Origin: a virus
IMG/VR virus record: IMGVR_UViG_3300023179_000041
Span: 32,001 to 96,000 of that record
DNA length: 64,000 nt
Strand: one strand, 5' to 3'
Below the pieces are notes generated by a model that made no database searches, had not been told where the DNA came from, and was given only the letters and a program-made list of their open reading frames with translations. The position numbers and the translations under genes are program-made. This document shows positions 32,001 to 41,779 of this stretch, one piece after another; positions within the stretch are counted from its first letter, which is position 1; every line of letters starts with the position of its first letter.

Positions 32001-33938
32001 ATGGCGGCAGGCTTAAATGAAGAGGATATTAATAAGTTCTTGGAAATGCACAGTTTCGGTCCCGAAATGATAAATACGCTTTTGGGCGCAAAAGATGCAC
32101 AAAGCGCAAACGCCCAAAAAATTGGCAATGACCTTATGTCTGGATTTGCTACTGGTATCGAAAATGGCCGACCGTATGTTTCGCAAGCGATTGACGCTGT
32201 CGGAGATGATGTTATCGCTCGTCTTAAGCGCCGCCTTGGCATCAAGAGCCCGTCAACGGTTATGGCAAAAGAGGTTGGTAAACCGTCTGCGGAAGGTGTT
32301 GCTGTTGGGTTCAAGGCAGAAATGGCTGGTAGCGCTGGTCGAGTAATTGAAAAGTCAATGGAAAACGCCATTATGAATGCATACAAAAAAGGTGGCTATA
32401 GGGGTGCTGGCTCTTTCTTCAAAAAGTTTCTTGAGCAAAAAGAGGATGTTGAAACTCCGGCCACTGATTATGTAAAAGCCGTAATGGGGCGAATGAAAGA
32501 CATCATTGGCTCTCTTTCTGGTTATATCAAGTCTCAGTTGAATTTCCGTAAGGCTCAAGCGGACTTAGCAAAACTAATCAATATGCAAAAGGGGCTTGAT
32601 GACCGCAGAAAACGTGCTGCTCGCGAGCAGCAATATGCCCAAACAAGATTCGGCATGGGTGGCGGTGCGGAAGTAACCGGATATGAACAGGCCCAACTTG
32701 ACGAATTGCAACTTGAATTTGAGCGCGTATCGCGCGATTATGCAATGGGACGTGCAACATACGTTCAACTTGTGGATGCAGAAATTGCATTGTTCGAAGC
32801 ACGTGCTGCTGCATCCGAGATAAATGACACAGTCATTGATTCACAAAATAAGTTCATCGATGCATCTGTTGATGTAGAAAATAAACAACTGAATCTTGCT
32901 GATGCAACAGTAAACGTTCTTTCGGCTTATCAGGGTGTTCAGGAAGCGGCAGCGGAACTTTATAAAAATCATAAAGAACTTGAGACTGTTTATAACAATT
33001 TGGCAACAGCAACAGGAATCGCCAGTGGGAAGTTGCAAATTGGCACAACCGACCTGACTACTTTGGGTGGAGAGGTTGGCAAATATGGTGGATACGTGTC
33101 CACCGTTGGAGGATATGTTTCGACTCTTGGAAACAATGTCACGGTAACTGGGCAAGCCTTTAACACAACTCTTTACGGCGAAAATGGAGTATTTGCAAAC
33201 ATCATAAAGGCTGGCGGAAACGTAAAAACTCTTACGGCTGGCATTGGAGCAGATTTTACAAATCTTGCAAGAGGCCTTCTTGACACAGATAGCCAAATGT
33301 ACAAAGACCTGAAATCATTGGGGCCAGCAATTTTTAAAGCCATTCAAAGTTCAGCAAACGAATCATTCGCTAAGTCGCCACTTGTTCTGAAAATCCCAGT
33401 AAGTGCAATTATTGACACTGGCGGCGGCGGCGGCTACAAAGAGCCCGATGACAAGTCGGGCGCTGGACTTGGAACAAAGCCAATGACATATTCACAATGG
33501 CTGGCTAGTTCAAAGACATCAATTGAAAATGCCGCTTGGGCAAGTTTTGGCAGCCAATACGGAGGAGGAGGTCAAGCAGTTAGGAGCCAATTGATTGATT
33601 CCGGTGCATTTGATAGGCGATATCAGAGTCTTTTGACTAGCGAATGGGATAAGTATCTTCAAGGATTTAAGGCTGTTGGCGGACCAGTTACAGGAAATAT
33701 GCCATATGTCGTTGGTGAGCGCGGACCAGAAATGTTTGTTCCAAAAGTTTCCGGAACAATCGTTACCAACTCAGCACTTGACCGATATGCGCGAAATACA
33801 CAACGTCAGACAGCGACATCACAGGCATCATCTGGTCATCCTATTATTGTCACGGTCAATAACCCAGTCCCGGCAGCAGCAGAGGATTCAATTACTCGCC
33901 GCATGAAGGTTCTGGCAAATAGCGGATTGTTTGGGTGA
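29037..33938 (+). CDS. Tape measure protein
   Basis: TP901-type core (ELADALYYITSAG...ATDIL), LGIKSPS motif, C-terminal GGPV....YVVGERGPE. Confidence 0.95.
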   Translation: MPAASSGGVTPLSVQIKITTTGVSAAARGMGAVGKAGGSMSRSLAASSISTRTLGDAMRMTATLMKYTVVGAFMNAGKQAIQMQRQFEVAFSRIKGLVVVGGDSVDKMREKVLSLAGETTRAPLELADALYYITSAGIKDASTAMEVLESSAKAAAAGLGTTNTVADAITSTLNAYGQENYSAAKATDILVATVREGKAEADTFAPALGKVLPVAAAYGASFEDVSAAIAALSRGGLSAGTAAIYVRQTLSQLLKPSKQAQEVLAGVGTNADEIRKNIQEKGLFPALMELRDQLGGIENAADFTKVFGNVRALTAVLSLVGPAAEDNAKIFERMQSATGDLDYAFAAYADTTDAQFNKAMAEQQAALIKLGEALKPVITTLLKLGTAISKTLGAFVGTGFGKGFARVAAGAVLAIAALSTVMKTMSALIRLGSNLNITLFGTQFRYNATTGAITKYTTGTITAATATGTMTRSVGAWTVANGFLAGSIRLVALSMNFLTKSMTYIIPVLTIGLMLFEGFKFIAGMFNRGKDGADSLGQSVGKLNTLLDETVKYGRSNLVFDVTINTDNANSMEAIKRLRDEIEEQSPNLLPDFKNLVTKQGAEAGALYIQSMLDTAFAGNTKEFKDTFVQMMLSVRPDVAAAFKELGSSVDYDEAFGDPVTNAETFQALASAVASGGDVISRASIKAGDGLESFIKKVTDTEMDQHAERSKEALGAYGQAFTDTIQNTGQLNPLVANIKKWQAYFESAGTNSTEQAEIISQIVGPALTGLTGDLDLVADSTGNFRNVFLKTANETAAIKFIENTFGVEGARALEILEVLRDRMRAIPEGAEGAAQSAQVLVDALGEMKVKAEDVVYSVYDLDTAVTALGDRFSEGLHPEVQGLVDDFDAAQAALKNFQRGQEALMGVTRGMTEAQIDFRDSMRGFREDAAAAGGDLFSGSANADKAQEGLLDAMDSVLEVVNQFALKGDEAGATRALGEGIARIVGDGMAAGLNEEDINKFLEMHSFGPEMINTLLGAKDAQSANAQKIGNDLMSGFATGIENGRPYVSQAIDAVGDDVIARLKRRLGIKSPSTVMAKEVGKPSAEGVAVGFKAEMAGSAGRVIEKSMENAIMNAYKKGGYRGAGSFFKKFLEQKEDVETPATDYVKAVMGRMKDIIGSLSGYIKSQLNFRKAQADLAKLINMQKGLDDRRKRAAREQQYAQTRFGMGGGAEVTGYEQAQLDELQLEFERVSRDYAMGRATYVQLVDAEIALFEARAAASEINDTVIDSQNKFIDASVDVENKQLNLADATVNVLSAYQGVQEAAAELYKNHKELETVYNNLATATGIASGKLQIGTTDLTTLGGEVGKYGGYVSTVGGYVSTLGNNVTVTGQAFNTTLYGENGVFANIIKAGGNVKTLTAGIGADFTNLARGLLDTDSQMYKDLKSLGPAIFKAIQSSANESFAKSPLVLKIPVSAIIDTGGGGGYKEPDDKSGAGLGTKPMTYSQWLASSKTSIENAAWASFGSQYGGGGQAVRSQLIDSGAFDRRYQSLLTSEWDKYLQGFKAVGGPVTGNMPYVVGERGPEMFVPKVSGTIVTNSALDRYARNTQRQTATSQASSGHPIIVTVNNPVPAAAEDSITRRMKVLANSGLFG

Positions 33939-33943
33939 CATAG

Positions 33944-34816
33944 ATGGCCACAGCGCTTCCAACTGTTCTTGAGTGGTATGACGTCAATGGCGTAGAACTA
34001 GCCACACACGGCTACATGCTCTCCAGCGTTGAACGAGGCATTCCGGCCAAAAAAGGCGACAACGTTGGGTCAGCAATCATTCATGGCACTCAGTGGCGCG
34101 AGAAGCGCCTTGAGGCACGTACAGAAACATGGACGATTTGGATTACGGACAATGACCCGGTATCTGGCTCTGTTGCCGCTACGGAAGCGGGACGCCGTTC
34201 TCAGTTTAACGAAAACTACGACACAGTATTTAATCTACTCAACGAAATGCCAGAACTTCTTACTATCACTCATGTTCGCATTAATCCAGACAACCCCTCA
34301 AATTATTCATCGCGAGTTGCATATGGCGAGATTGTTAACGCAGTTACGGTATCTGACCATCGTGACTTGAATGTCACGGAGTTTTCAGTCGACGTGCAGT
34401 TCCCGGACCCACGCTGGTTTGCACCAACGTCCTCGTCTGCTTCTGCGGCTTTTGCTGGTTCAAATGTCGCTGTTCCAATGCCCGCATCTGCTATCGGTAC
34501 GGCTCCTGTTACATACATGACTATCACGTTCACATCGACATCAAATCTGACTAATCCGCGATTGACAAATGAAACCTATGCGAACAGCCTCAGTTCTATT
34601 GGCTATACAGGGACGATTCCTACGGGACAATCAGTAATAATTGATACCGATGCTTTAACGCTTGAGAAAAGTAGCGTTAATGAAATCAGCAAACTGTATA
34701 GGGCTGGCTCCAGGCAGTCTTGGTTCGAATTGTTTCCGATAGCAAACGATTTGACCTTTTCCGCACAGTCTGGAACTGGTACAGTAACTATTTCTTATAG
34801 GAAGGCTTATTACTAA
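33944..34816 (+). CDS. Distal tail protein (Dit)
   Basis: Follows TMP; FSVDVQFPDPRW, WFELFP..N.L.F, ends YRKAYY. Confidence 0.8.
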   Translation: MATALPTVLEWYDVNGVELATHGYMLSSVERGIPAKKGDNVGSAIIHGTQWREKRLEARTETWTIWITDNDPVSGSVAATEAGRRSQFNENYDTVFNLLNEMPELLTITHVRINPDNPSNYSSRVAYGEIVNAVTVSDHRDLNVTEFSVDVQFPDPRWFAPTSSSASAAFAGSNVAVPMPASAIGTAPVTYMTITFTSTSNLTNPRLTNETYANSLSSIGYTGTIPTGQSVIIDTDALTLEKSSVNEISKLYRAGSRQSWFELFPIANDLTFSAQSGTGTVTISYRKAYY

Positions 34817-37800
34817 TGGCAAAGACAACCTGGGATGTTTGGGTTGTTCTGGCCAATAATCCAAACCAAACCATCGCCTACGTTCCGCGCTGGAAAACAA
34901 TTCAGTTCTCTGACCAACTAAACGATGTTGGCTCGGCGACTCTTGAACATGATTTCTCTGACCCATTTTTTGCTGCCTTCCAAGCGGACCGTGGCGATTC
35001 GCTTCTTGACGGACCATACGCACTTCAGGTGCGTCGAGATGGAACTCCAGTATTTACGTTTTTTATTGAAGATGTTCAAGTCGACCGCGCAGGAGTAAGC
35101 CAGGCCCTGACCATGGGCGGAAGAGGAATTGCCTCTGCAATGGAGTGGGCAATTGTATTGCCAGAAGATTTTTCAAATCAAATCCGTGTAACTGCCGGGA
35201 CAACACAAAGGCCTCGATTCTTTGACCGCCTATTTCCTGGTTATGCATACAACGTTCGCGTAGCGACGACTGGCAATCTTTCTGCAACCTATTCGAATGG
35301 CCCACAAACTGACGTTCCTGGTGCTGGCGCTCGACTAACCGCAACATCGAATGGGTCAATTAATAATGCCGGTATTGACGGTTTGACAGATTTGGTTGTT
35401 GGAGACACCGTCCTGGTAAAGAATCAAACGAATGCAGCACACAATGGTGTTTACTGGATTGCAACGATTGGTGGGGCTTCTGAGCCGTGGATTTTGCAGC
35501 GAACAGCACGAGCAGATGGCTCACCAATAGGTGACCTTGCTGTCGACAATACGGCTTTTGTAACTGATGGAACGACCAACGGATACACGTCGTGGCGAAT
35601 TTCAGACAATGGTTCTTTGTCCAATTCAAATCAGGTTGGAACAAACAATATTGTTTGGTCTTCTGTCAGTCTTGGCTCATTTACTGGCATTTCAGCCTTT
35701 TACATTCTCTTTAAAGAGGCAGATACTGGCTACGAATACTCTACAAAGAAAGCAGATTTTGGAACGGTCAAAACGCTTTACGGACGTGGTGGAACTGGCT
35801 ATGCGGTGGACTGGCCACTATCACTTGATGCAACGCTCAATGCCTCGATGGGCAAGACTGATTCAAAAGGACATGTCGTTCAAGACGGTGGCAATTTCAA
35901 CATTGCGGTAGGCCGTACAATTCTTGACGTATTAAATGAAGTAGCCAGCAATACAGGTGTTGATTGGCACGTTGCGCCCACTGGCGCAATAAGTATTGCG
36001 GTTCGCCCGTTTTCAACGGCGACGGTTGTCTTTGATGACCCATTTGGGAACGACCTTACAAGTGGTTCTGCTGCGCTGTTGTTCAGCCTTCCAATGCTTG
36101 AGCAAGTAGAGACACGCACGTCTGTTGCAGAACTTCGAACTGTTGTATATGGTTCTGACGGATTCAATCTCGACAGGCAAATATCTGACCGTACTGGTAT
36201 TTATGGTTTCCGCGAAACATTTATTGAAAACACAAGTGACGATGCTCCCGCGGTGGCAAACATAACTGCAGCGGCAGTCCGACAGGTTCGTGATGGAAAA
36301 CTTCAAATCACGACATCATTTGCCGAAAGAGATGGGATGATTGCGTGGGAAGATTTTGGAATTGGCGACAAGGTTTTGGTTGAAATCGATACAGGAGTTT
36401 TTAGCGAACGGATTATTAGCGCCATCGGTGCGTCGGTGGATGAAAATGGTAATGAAACAGTCGAGGTTACGTTTGGCGATGTGTTTCAGGACTTGGCCAG
36501 CAATCTTAAATACGCAGCGAATTACGGACGCTTATCTGCCGCTGAGATACCGACATTCACACTGCGAGGCACGTCGTCTCAGCCAACAAAAGCCACCGGA
36601 ACATCAATCGGGGCAGAAGTTCAGGGTTTAAGCAACCGTGTTGTTGCCTCATGGGTCCCTGCAGACAATACAAGTGCCGCGCAATATGAGGCAATTGTTT
36701 ATAGGGAAGAACAAAACTCTGTTGGGATTGCAATAACTTATCCAATAGTAAATATTTACCGTGATGGGAATATCGCATACTGTCAAGTTGATTCTGCTCA
36801 CGGTTTTGATGTTGGTGACCGCATAAACATATACGACACGACAAATGACTATTTTGACCGCACAAGCGTGTTTCTAACTAGCGCGAGCGGTGCTTACTTT
36901 ACATTTAACGATGCCGGCCCAGACATTGATAGCGGGACATATACAAGCGGAGATGTTGTTCGAGTTGTCGAGCGCCACTCCACATTTGTGCCAGCAAATC
37001 AAACATCTGCGACTTTTGAAAACCTTGCCGCGCCAGGACGTGAATATCAATTTACCGTTTTACCTTATACGTCAAATGGCCAAGCCGGTCTTCCAGCCGA
37101 CCCAATCTCGTTTACTGCTTCCGCTAGCGCGCAAATACTTTTAGGCGGTGCAATTCGTTCAAATAACTATGTTCAGAATACAAGCGGATGGACAATTGAG
37201 CACGATGGTTTTGCTGAATTAAACAATTTGATTGTTCGCAACGGTACATGGGTTCAAGGAACTCTGACTGCGCCAACGCTGCAAACCGCAACATCAAACC
37301 CAAAACTGGTAATTACATCAGCCGGATTGTATGCATATAACAGTGCTGGAGATATAGTTACGTCGATTGCTTCGACAACTGGAGCATTTTCTACTGTTTC
37401 TGGTGCGTTTTCTGGCACTATTAACGTTGGCGGTAATGATGCAACATCTTTTCACGTTGACACAAACGGGAATATGTGGATTGGTGCAACAACGTTTGCT
37501 TCTGCGCCGTTTAGGGTTTCCAGTGCAGGAGAACTGACGGCCACAAGCGGAACTTTTAGCGGCGCATTTGCTGGCACGTTGGATATTGGAGGTAGCGACA
37601 CAACCTCATTTCACGTTGACACTGCTGGGAACATGTGGCTTGGTGCTGCTACTTATGCCGCGGCTCCGTTCAAAGTAAGTAATGCTGGCGCACTGTCTGC
37701 AACTGGTGCAACCGTTACAGGCACCATAAATGCTTCGAGTGGAACGATTGGAAATCTTTCTATCAGCGATGGTGCAATCACATATGCCGACTCAAGTAGC

Positions 37801-38625
37801 CGATTTCTGCGATTGGGTCCGCAGTCATGGCCGGATAATAACAGCGCTGCATCTCTTGTTATTTCTACAACAGTTGGAGGGGGTTCTTACACCAGAATTT
37901 TATCAACAGGTATCAATACACCATCAATAACTTCTGATGTCTTCTATGGGAGTTTTGCGCGAATTGACGATTATCGAAACAGTGCTGGAGGAAATGCAAA
38001 CTTTTTTGGAACTTTATACGGAAATATAACTGGGAATGCTGCCACCGCAGATAGTGCAAATAATGCAAATAATGCAAATTACGCAAGCAATGCTGGTGCT
38101 GTTAGCGGATACGCAGTAAGTACTGGATTTGGAAGTACCAACAGCCTCCCAGTGCGCGAAGGTGATGCATCGATTGGTGCTCAATACTTTAGATTTGATG
38201 GCGGAGCATCAATCAATCCAGGACAAGGCCAAGAAATTCGCGTTCGTAATGATGGTTATATTTTGCGTTATAATTCCAGACGTGACCTTAAGGAGCAAAT
38301 TCAAAACATAGAACCAGATTTTGCTATAAATTTGATTCAATCACTTCAGCCGGTATCTTTTAGGTGGAAAACAAATGATTATGACGACCCTGTTTTTGCA
38401 GAACATACAAGCACGTATAAAGAATTTGGTTTTATCGCAGAAGATGTTGCTGCGGTAACTCCGCATTTGGCTAGTTTCCGAACTAATGAAGGCGGAACTG
38501 GCATTGCCCCATCATCGTGGCAGTCAAACGGGCTTATATCAATATCCGTTTCTGCCATTAAGGGGCTTATTGTCGAAATTAATGCGTTGAAAGACCGTAT
38601 TTCGGCGCTAGAATCTCAGCCATGA
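34816..38625 (+). CDS. Tail hub/central fibre protein with Fn3-like domain and C-terminal S74 chaperone
   Basis: FSDQLNDVGSATL hub start, FGIGDKVLV, IRSNNYVQNTSGWTI, C-terminal SRRDLKEQI...LQPVSFRWK...FGFIAEDV. Confidence 0.85.
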   Translation: MAKTTWDVWVVLANNPNQTIAYVPRWKTIQFSDQLNDVGSATLEHDFSDPFFAAFQADRGDSLLDGPYALQVRRDGTPVFTFFIEDVQVDRAGVSQALTMGGRGIASAMEWAIVLPEDFSNQIRVTAGTTQRPRFFDRLFPGYAYNVRVATTGNLSATYSNGPQTDVPGAGARLTATSNGSINNAGIDGLTDLVVGDTVLVKNQTNAAHNGVYWIATIGGASEPWILQRTARADGSPIGDLAVDNTAFVTDGTTNGYTSWRISDNGSLSNSNQVGTNNIVWSSVSLGSFTGISAFYILFKEADTGYEYSTKKADFGTVKTLYGRGGTGYAVDWPLSLDATLNASMGKTDSKGHVVQDGGNFNIAVGRTILDVLNEVASNTGVDWHVAPTGAISIAVRPFSTATVVFDDPFGNDLTSGSAALLFSLPMLEQVETRTSVAELRTVVYGSDGFNLDRQISDRTGIYGFRETFIENTSDDAPAVANITAAAVRQVRDGKLQITTSFAERDGMIAWEDFGIGDKVLVEIDTGVFSERIISAIGASVDENGNETVEVTFGDVFQDLASNLKYAANYGRLSAAEIPTFTLRGTSSQPTKATGTSIGAEVQGLSNRVVASWVPADNTSAAQYEAIVYREEQNSVGIAITYPIVNIYRDGNIAYCQVDSAHGFDVGDRINIYDTTNDYFDRTSVFLTSASGAYFTFNDAGPDIDSGTYTSGDVVRVVERHSTFVPANQTSATFENLAAPGREYQFTVLPYTSNGQAGLPADPISFTASASAQILLGGAIRSNNYVQNTSGWTIEHDGFAELNNLIVRNGTWVQGTLTAPTLQTATSNPKLVITSAGLYAYNSAGDIVTSIASTTGAFSTVSGAFSGTINVGGNDATSFHVDTNGNMWIGATTFASAPFRVSSAGELTATSGTFSGAFAGTLDIGGSDTTSFHVDTAGNMWLGAATYAAAPFKVSNAGALSATGATVTGTINASSGTIGNLSISDGAITYADSSSRFLRLGPQSWPDNNSAASLVISTTVGGGSYTRILSTGINTPSITSDVFYGSFARIDDYRNSAGGNANFFGTLYGNITGNAATADSANNANNANYASNAGAVSGYAVSTGFGSTNSLPVREGDASIGAQYFRFDGGASINPGQGQEIRVRNDGYILRYNSRRDLKEQIQNIEPDFAINLIQSLQPVSFRWKTNDYDDPVFAEHTSTYKEFGFIAEDVAAVTPHLASFRTNEGGTGIAPSSWQSNGLISISVSAIKGLIVEINALKDRISALESQP

Positions 38626-38780
38626 CCAACAGTAGACCACAGCCAGACATAAACGTAGTTATCGCCGAATTGTCCATCCAGGTGGCCAATTTAACCCGTG
38701 AAAACGCCATTCTTAAGGCCACAATTCAGGCTATGCAGGGCACAAAAACAACAGATGGCGGCGAGTTGGAAACCGAATAA
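38622..38780 (+). CDS. Small coiled-coil protein (52 aa, not in ORF track)
   Basis: MTNSRPQPDINVVIAELSIQVANLTRENAILKATIQ...; ATGA overlap with upstream stop. Confidence 0.6.
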   Translation: MTNSRPQPDINVVIAELSIQVANLTRENAILKATIQAMQGTKTTDGGELETE

Positions 38781-38833
38781 CACCCCGGCTATACTGTTAG
38801 TACAACATAACCACAAACAAGTTAGGAGGGCGT

Positions 38834-39682
38834 ATGCCCGTAAACTTTGACGATTACATCTCCACCTCACTGAGGTGGGCAATGTTTAAGGCAGATTGGC
38901 CTGATGCCACTGTCGAATTCTCAGAAGGGACTGCTGGCGATGCTGGTATTCCTTCGTCTTTCCACAAGAAAGATGAGAAGGTGTGCATTGCGACAATCAC
39001 CCGATTCGTTGGCGATAAGCGCCCAATGATTGGCTACAAGACGCTTTCTGATGCTCGCTCGCGCGATACCGATTCGTGGAACGTCCTTTGCTCAAAGGCA
39101 ATGGGCCGTGCGCTGAAGAAGGCTGGCTATCCAGACAACATGAACGACCTCAAGGTCTGGATGCGTTTTCGAGAGGCAACTGGCAGTGCAACTCCTGCCC
39201 AACCAAAGCAGGTTTCGCAGATGGAGACAAAGTCGGTTGTCGCTGGAGTTTCATTGACTCAGCCACAACTCCCGATTGAGTCCAAAGAGCAGCCGGTCAA
39301 GAAGCCACTTATGGACTGGCCAAATGAGACGGAGCGCGAAGAGGCGCACCGCCTATTCAAGCAGTCTTGCTCTGACCTCTCGCCTGACGACCTTGAGACT
39401 TTGCGTGACGCTCACGACAAACTCAATAACCGTGCTTGGCCAATGCCCAAAGCGGAATTGAACACTCTTATCATCACGCTTGAAGGCATCCGTTCAAACA
39501 AAAAAGAGAGCGGAACAATCGGCATTGACGCAGTGAAGTCAATGTACGATTTCTCTTCTCCGAGCATTCAGGCAATCGTTCGTGAAAAACTTGGCAACCC
39601 AGAATCTTGGCCAGCCGAGTTGAGCGAGGCTGAGTACGACCAGATGGTTCAGGTGTTTGAGGCTGCTTCGGAAGCCGAATGA
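38834..39682 (+). CDS. Putative ssDNA-annealing/recombination protein
   Basis: N-terminal domain ending SKAMGRALKKAGY resembles the AIGRAL motif of phage annealases; AGGAGG RBS. Confidence 0.45.
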   Translation: MPVNFDDYISTSLRWAMFKADWPDATVEFSEGTAGDAGIPSSFHKKDEKVCIATITRFVGDKRPMIGYKTLSDARSRDTDSWNVLCSKAMGRALKKAGYPDNMNDLKVWMRFREATGSATPAQPKQVSQMETKSVVAGVSLTQPQLPIESKEQPVKKPLMDWPNETEREEAHRLFKQSCSDLSPDDLETLRDAHDKLNNRAWPMPKAELNTLIITLEGIRSNKKESGTIGIDAVKSMYDFSSPSIQAIVREKLGNPESWPAELSEAEYDQMVQVFEAASEAE

Positions 39683-40041
39683 CGTCGTATATCGACGGAA
39701 CAATGCCAGAACAATTCGTCACAAAAGTTGTTGGTGTCTCTTTCGTGGAGGCATATCCAGAGAACATTTATGCGCTTGCCAAAGATACGGCAATCATGAA
39801 TGCCCCCCTGTCTCTAGTCAGAGACCCCAACAACGAGCATGATAAATATGCGATTCGCGTTGAGGCATTCAATGGCGCACTTGGTCATCTGCCAAGGCTG
39901 ATATCGCTGATTCTGGCCCCGAAACTAGATGCTGGAGAAGTGTGGAATGCTTCCGTCCATTCCATCGTTGTCTCTAGCGAAAATGTAAATCAACCAGGTA
40001 TAAAAATTCACGTTTGGAGAACCAGCAATGAGAATGGATGA
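39679..40041 (+). CDS. HIRAN domain protein
   Basis: KVVGVSF...LVRDPNNEHDKYAIRV...LGHLPR. Confidence 0.85.
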   Translation: MTSYIDGTMPEQFVTKVVGVSFVEAYPENIYALAKDTAIMNAPLSLVRDPNNEHDKYAIRVEAFNGALGHLPRLISLILAPKLDAGEVWNASVHSIVVSSENVNQPGIKIHVWRTSNENG

Positions 40042-40570
40042 ACTTATTGCCGATGTCGGCGAAACACTCAAGAAGGGAATTGAATCTGTTGCCGGACGAC
40101 TTGAACGCCAAGAAGAAAAAATTGATGAACAAGAACTATTTTACGCATTGGTTGAATTTGGCGAACTGAAATACCTAGTTAGGACATTGGAGACTCGCCT
40201 AAACATCATTCTCACCGAAAACATGAGACTGAGCGGAGAAAAATATTTAGAATTTAACGGCATGCTTGCAGAGCGCAAAGTAAGTTCGAGTCGCAAAAAC
40301 TGGGAACACAACACCCTCATTGAGGCAGTCGTAAACAAGGCTATTTCCGGCGCTTCCGAAAGCGTCGTGGACCCCAATACGGGCGAGGTAGTGGACCTTG
40401 CTTCTATTTCAAAGCCCCTTATTGATGCCGTTGTCGAGAATTTGACTCGCGCAGCAGCCATTCGTGACTGGCGCGTTACAGCGCTTCGTGCAATGATTCC
40501 TGGCCTAAATCCAGATGACTTTTGCGAAGTAGAAAAAGCAGAGCGCGTATCAATCAGGAGGAAGCAATGA
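40028..40570 (+). CDS. Hypothetical protein
   Basis: 180-aa ORF in operon; VVDPNTGEV motif. Confidence 0.6.
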   Translation: MRMDELIADVGETLKKGIESVAGRLERQEEKIDEQELFYALVEFGELKYLVRTLETRLNIILTENMRLSGEKYLEFNGMLAERKVSSSRKNWEHNTLIEAVVNKAISGASESVVDPNTGEVVDLASISKPLIDAVVENLTRAAAIRDWRVTALRAMIPGLNPDDFCEVEKAERVSIRRKQ

Positions 40571-40665
40571 GGCCACTCGGATTGACCGTCGCCGTAGTGG
40601 TGACAACTCTTGTGATGATTGTTTTGCTGATTAATCTTGACGGCGTAATTGGAAGTAACCTGTGA
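40567..40665 (+). CDS. Small single-TM protein (32 aa, not in ORF track)
   Basis: MRPLGLTVAVVVTTLVMIVLLINL; ATGA coupling, AGGAGG upstream. Confidence 0.45.
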   Translation: MRPLGLTVAVVVTTLVMIVLLINLDGVIGSNL

Positions 40666-40841
40666 TTCCAACAAGAGATGCTCCAGAAATCGTGGACGTA
40701 GCGGTAAAGCAGCATTTGCGCAAACTGACAAAGCCAACCTCAATCCATGGTATTTCTTCTGCACTCCGATACAGTCGTGAGGTCATTTCGCAGTCATTGG
40801 TCAGAATAGCAACAGAATTAGTGAGGAAAGATGTCAATTAA
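40662..40841 (+). CDS. Small HTH-like protein (59 aa, not in ORF track)
   Basis: GTGA coupling; SIHGISSALRYSREVISQSLVRI helix-turn-helix-like; fills gap exactly. Confidence 0.4.
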   Translation: MIPTRDAPEIVDVAVKQHLRKLTKPTSIHGISSALRYSREVISQSLVRIATELVRKDVN

Positions 40842-41496
40842 AATCATGGACTGGGTATTCGAGAACTCCAAGGCTCAAGGCATCGAGCGATTGATTCTGC
40901 TCGTCATTGCTGACCATTGCAACAGCGAAGGCGAGCATGCATTCCCAAGAATCAGCGTGATTGCTAAGCGCGCCAATGTTTCCGAGAGAACCGTAAAACG
41001 CAAACTACAAGATTTGGTTGAACTTGGAGAACTAAAAGTTGTTAAGCGGCACGGAACGTCGAACCTATATAAAATTGTCACCAGAAAAAATAAAACTTCT
41101 TCAAACGAAATAGTTCCCATCGAGCCAAAGGTGCAAAAAAGCAAAAAGCGAGAACGCAATCCGATTTGGGACACGCTCCTTGAAGTATGTGGAGTCAACC
41201 CGAACAAAGTCAATTCAAACGAGGCATCTCGATATGGTCGAATGGTCAGGATTCTAAATGAATCTGATGCGACCCCAGAAGATATTCGCGTTCGTGCAGA
41301 AATATATAAACAAAAATTTTCCTACGCCACAATGACCCCAACGGCATTAGTGAATCGCTGGTCTGAATGTGACCCAGCAAGTCAACCGATGAACGGCTTG
41401 AACGGCGTTGTGCCGAAAGGCTGGAACGCTATTAAGGCAGCACGCGAACAGCGGCTATCTCAAGCCGTAACAGTGAAAGGTGAATTGAATGTCTGA
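40831..41496 (+). CDS. Replication initiator-like winged HTH protein
   Basis: MSIKIMDWV...RLILLVIADHCN..G..AFP.I..IAKRANVSERTV.R.L..L...G pattern of lambda-O/RepA-like initiators. Confidence 0.75.
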   Translation: MSIKIMDWVFENSKAQGIERLILLVIADHCNSEGEHAFPRISVIAKRANVSERTVKRKLQDLVELGELKVVKRHGTSNLYKIVTRKNKTSSNEIVPIEPKVQKSKKRERNPIWDTLLEVCGVNPNKVNSNEASRYGRMVRILNESDATPEDIRVRAEIYKQKFSYATMTPTALVNRWSECDPASQPMNGLNGVVPKGWNAIKAAREQRLSQAVTVKGELNV

Positions 41497-41779
41497 AACT
41501 TTTTACGACCCAGAAAAAAATTACCTTGGTGTTGGGCGCAATGCGATTCCTGGTGATACATCATTCGATGACTGGATGTCATTTGGCATCGCGCGCGGTT
41601 GGTGTGGACCACCAGTCTGCTACACCCATGATGGATTTCCAATGTCAGAAGAAGAAGGTCAAGAATTTGAATCTGGCGACCCGTGCGTACACATGATTCG
41701 ACTTTACAATGATGACGAACACAAAAAAGCAATTGAGGATTCCCATTCGCCAAGCCAATGGAGAAACAGTTACACATAA
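41489..41779 (+). CDS. Hypothetical protein
   Basis: GWCGPPVCYTHDG..DPCVH Cys/His-rich ORF. Confidence 0.6.
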   Translation: MSETFYDPEKNYLGVGRNAIPGDTSFDDWMSFGIARGWCGPPVCYTHDGFPMSEEEGQEFESGDPCVHMIRLYNDDEHKKAIEDSHSPSQWRNSYT

